From NCBI GenBank assembly GCA_964016885.1, contig OZ024742.1:348254001-348318000 (forward strand): DNA of 64,000 bases, given 5' to 3'. Within the stretch, counting starts at the first letter, position 1, and each line of letters opens with the position of its first letter. Made by a program: the position numbers and the translations under genes. Below the pieces are notes generated by a model, which saw only the letters and a program-made list of their open reading frames with translations, ran no database searches and was not told the DNA's origin. This DNA comes from Eledone cirrhosa. Lineage: Eukaryota. Below are positions 62,301 to 64,000 of this stretch, one piece after another.

Positions 62301-64000
62301 CCTGTCCCTTAAGGTAAAGCTATAGTTTATAACTTCCTTTACTAGTCCCTTTCTGTCCCTTAAGGTAAAGCTATAGTTTATAACTTCCTCTACTAGTCCC
62401 TTCCTCTCCCTTGAGATAAAGCTATAGTTTATAACTTCCTTTACTAGTCCCTTCCTGTCCCTTAAGGTAAAGCTATAGTTTATAACTTCCTCTACTAGTC
62501 CCTTCCTCTCCCTTGAGATAAAGCTATAGTTTATAACTTCCTCTACTAGTCCCTTCCTCTCCCTTAAGGCAAAGCTATAGTTTATAACTTCCTCTACTAG
62601 TCCCTTCCTCTCCATTAAGATAAAGCTATAATTTATAACTTCCTCTCCTAGTCCCTTCCTCTCCCTTGAATTAAAGCTATAGTTTATAACTTCCTCTCCT
62701 AGTCCCTTCCTCTCCCTTAAGATAAAGTTATAGTTTATAACTTCCTCTACTAGTCCCTTCCTCTCCCTTGAGTTAAAGCTATAGTTTATAACTTCCTCTA
62801 CTAGTCCCTTCCTCTCCCTTAAGATAAAGCTATAGTTTATAACTTCCTCTACTAGTCCCTTCCTCTCCCTTAAGGCAAAGCTATAGTTTATAACTTCCTC
62901 TACTAGTCCCTTCCTCTCCCTTGAGTTAAAGCTATAGTTTATAACTTCCTCTACTAGGCCCTTCCTCTCCCTTGAGGGAAAGCTATAGTTTATAACTTCC
63001 TCTACTAGTCCCTTCCTCTCCCTTGAGTTAAAGCTATAGTTTATAACTTCCTCTACTAGTCCATTCCTCTCCCTTGAGGGAAAGCTATAGTTTATAACTT
63101 CCTCTACTAGTCCCTTCCTCTCCCTTGAGTTAAAGCTATAGTTTATAACTTCCTCTACTAGTCCATTCCTCTCCCTTGAGGGAAAGCTATAGTTTATAAC
63201 TTCCTCTACTAGTCCCTTCCTCTCCCTTGAGTTAAAGCTATAGTTTATAACTTCCTCTACTAGTCCCTTCCTCTCCCTTAAGATAAAGCTATAGTTTATA
63301 ACTTCCTCTACTAGTCCCTTCCTCTCCATTAAGATGAAGCTATAATTTATAACTTCCTCTCCTAGTCCCTTCCTCTCCCTTGAATTAAAGTTATAGTTTA
63401 TAACTTCCTCTTCTAGTCCCTTCCTCTCCCTTGAGGTTAAGCTATAGTTTATAACTTCCTCTACTAGTCCCTCCCTGTCCCTTAAGGTAAAGCTATAGTT
63501 TATAACTTCCTCTACTAGTCCCTTCCTCTCCCTTGACATAAAGCTATAGTTTAAAACTTCCTCTACTAGTCCCTCCCTGTCCCTTAAGGTAAAGCTATAG
63601 TTTATAACTTCCTCTACTACTCCCTTCATCTCCCTTGAGGTAAAGCTATAGTCTATAACTTCCTCTACTAGTCCCTTCCTCTCCCTTAAGGTAAAGCTAT
63701 AGTCTATAACTTCCTCTACTAGTCCCTTCCTCTCCCTTAAGGTAAAGCTATAGTTTATAACTTCCTCTACTAGTCCCTCCCTCTCCCTTAAGGTAAAGCT
63801 ATAGTTTATAACTTCCTCTACTAGTCCCTTCCTCTCCCTTGAGATAAAGCTATAGTTTATAACTTCCTCTACTAGTCCCTTCCTCTCCCTTAAGATAAAG
63901 CTATAATTTATAACTTCCCCTCCTAGTCCCTTCCTCTCCCTTGAGTTAAAGCTATAGTTTATAACTTCCTCTACTAGTCCCTTCCTCTCCCTTGAGATAA
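44305..64000. repeat. 51-bp satellite array (at least 386 monomers) starting at the exon D splice donor
   Basis: Consensus GTAAAGCTATAGTTTATAACTTCCTCTACTAGTCCCTTCCTCTCCCTTGAG. Unit starts at 44311 and 63997 differ by 19686 = 386 x 51. Continues past the window end. Confidence 0.98.

Noticed and set aside
44311-64000. CRISPR-like array or giant repeat-protein gene
   Set aside because: Monomers are contiguous with no unique spacers and there are no cas genes; context is eukaryotic; the ORFs have no unique N- or C-terminal domains and contain scattered stops.

Overview
Eukaryotic, extremely repeat-rich intronic DNA. The repeat landscape (RTE, CR1, R4/Dong and Penelope retroelements, tRNA-SINEs, TTAA-MITEs, dense microsatellites) suggests an octopus or other cephalopod, but that is an inference. 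None of the long ORFs in the track is a host gene. The host gene is four tiny + strand exons (7699-7777, 35711-35773, 40976-41058, 44238-44310; 79/63/83/73 nt, all AG/GT) that splice in frame into the N-terminal half of a CaMK4/CaMK1-family kinase domain. The most striking structure is a >19.7-kb array of 386 exactly phased 51-bp monomers starting at the last exon's splice donor. The consensus monomer is a GT...polypyrimidine...AG unit that regenerates the donor (CTTGAG|GTAAAG), variation is concentrated at that junction, and there are 28-mer and 134/135-mer higher-order repeats. Also present: a well-formed antisense hammerhead ribozyme plus two degenerate ones, an R4/Dong-type element sitting in (CATA)n, RTE LINEs with three C2H2 fingers, a nested MITE>MITE>CR1 insertion, and several fold-back structures.
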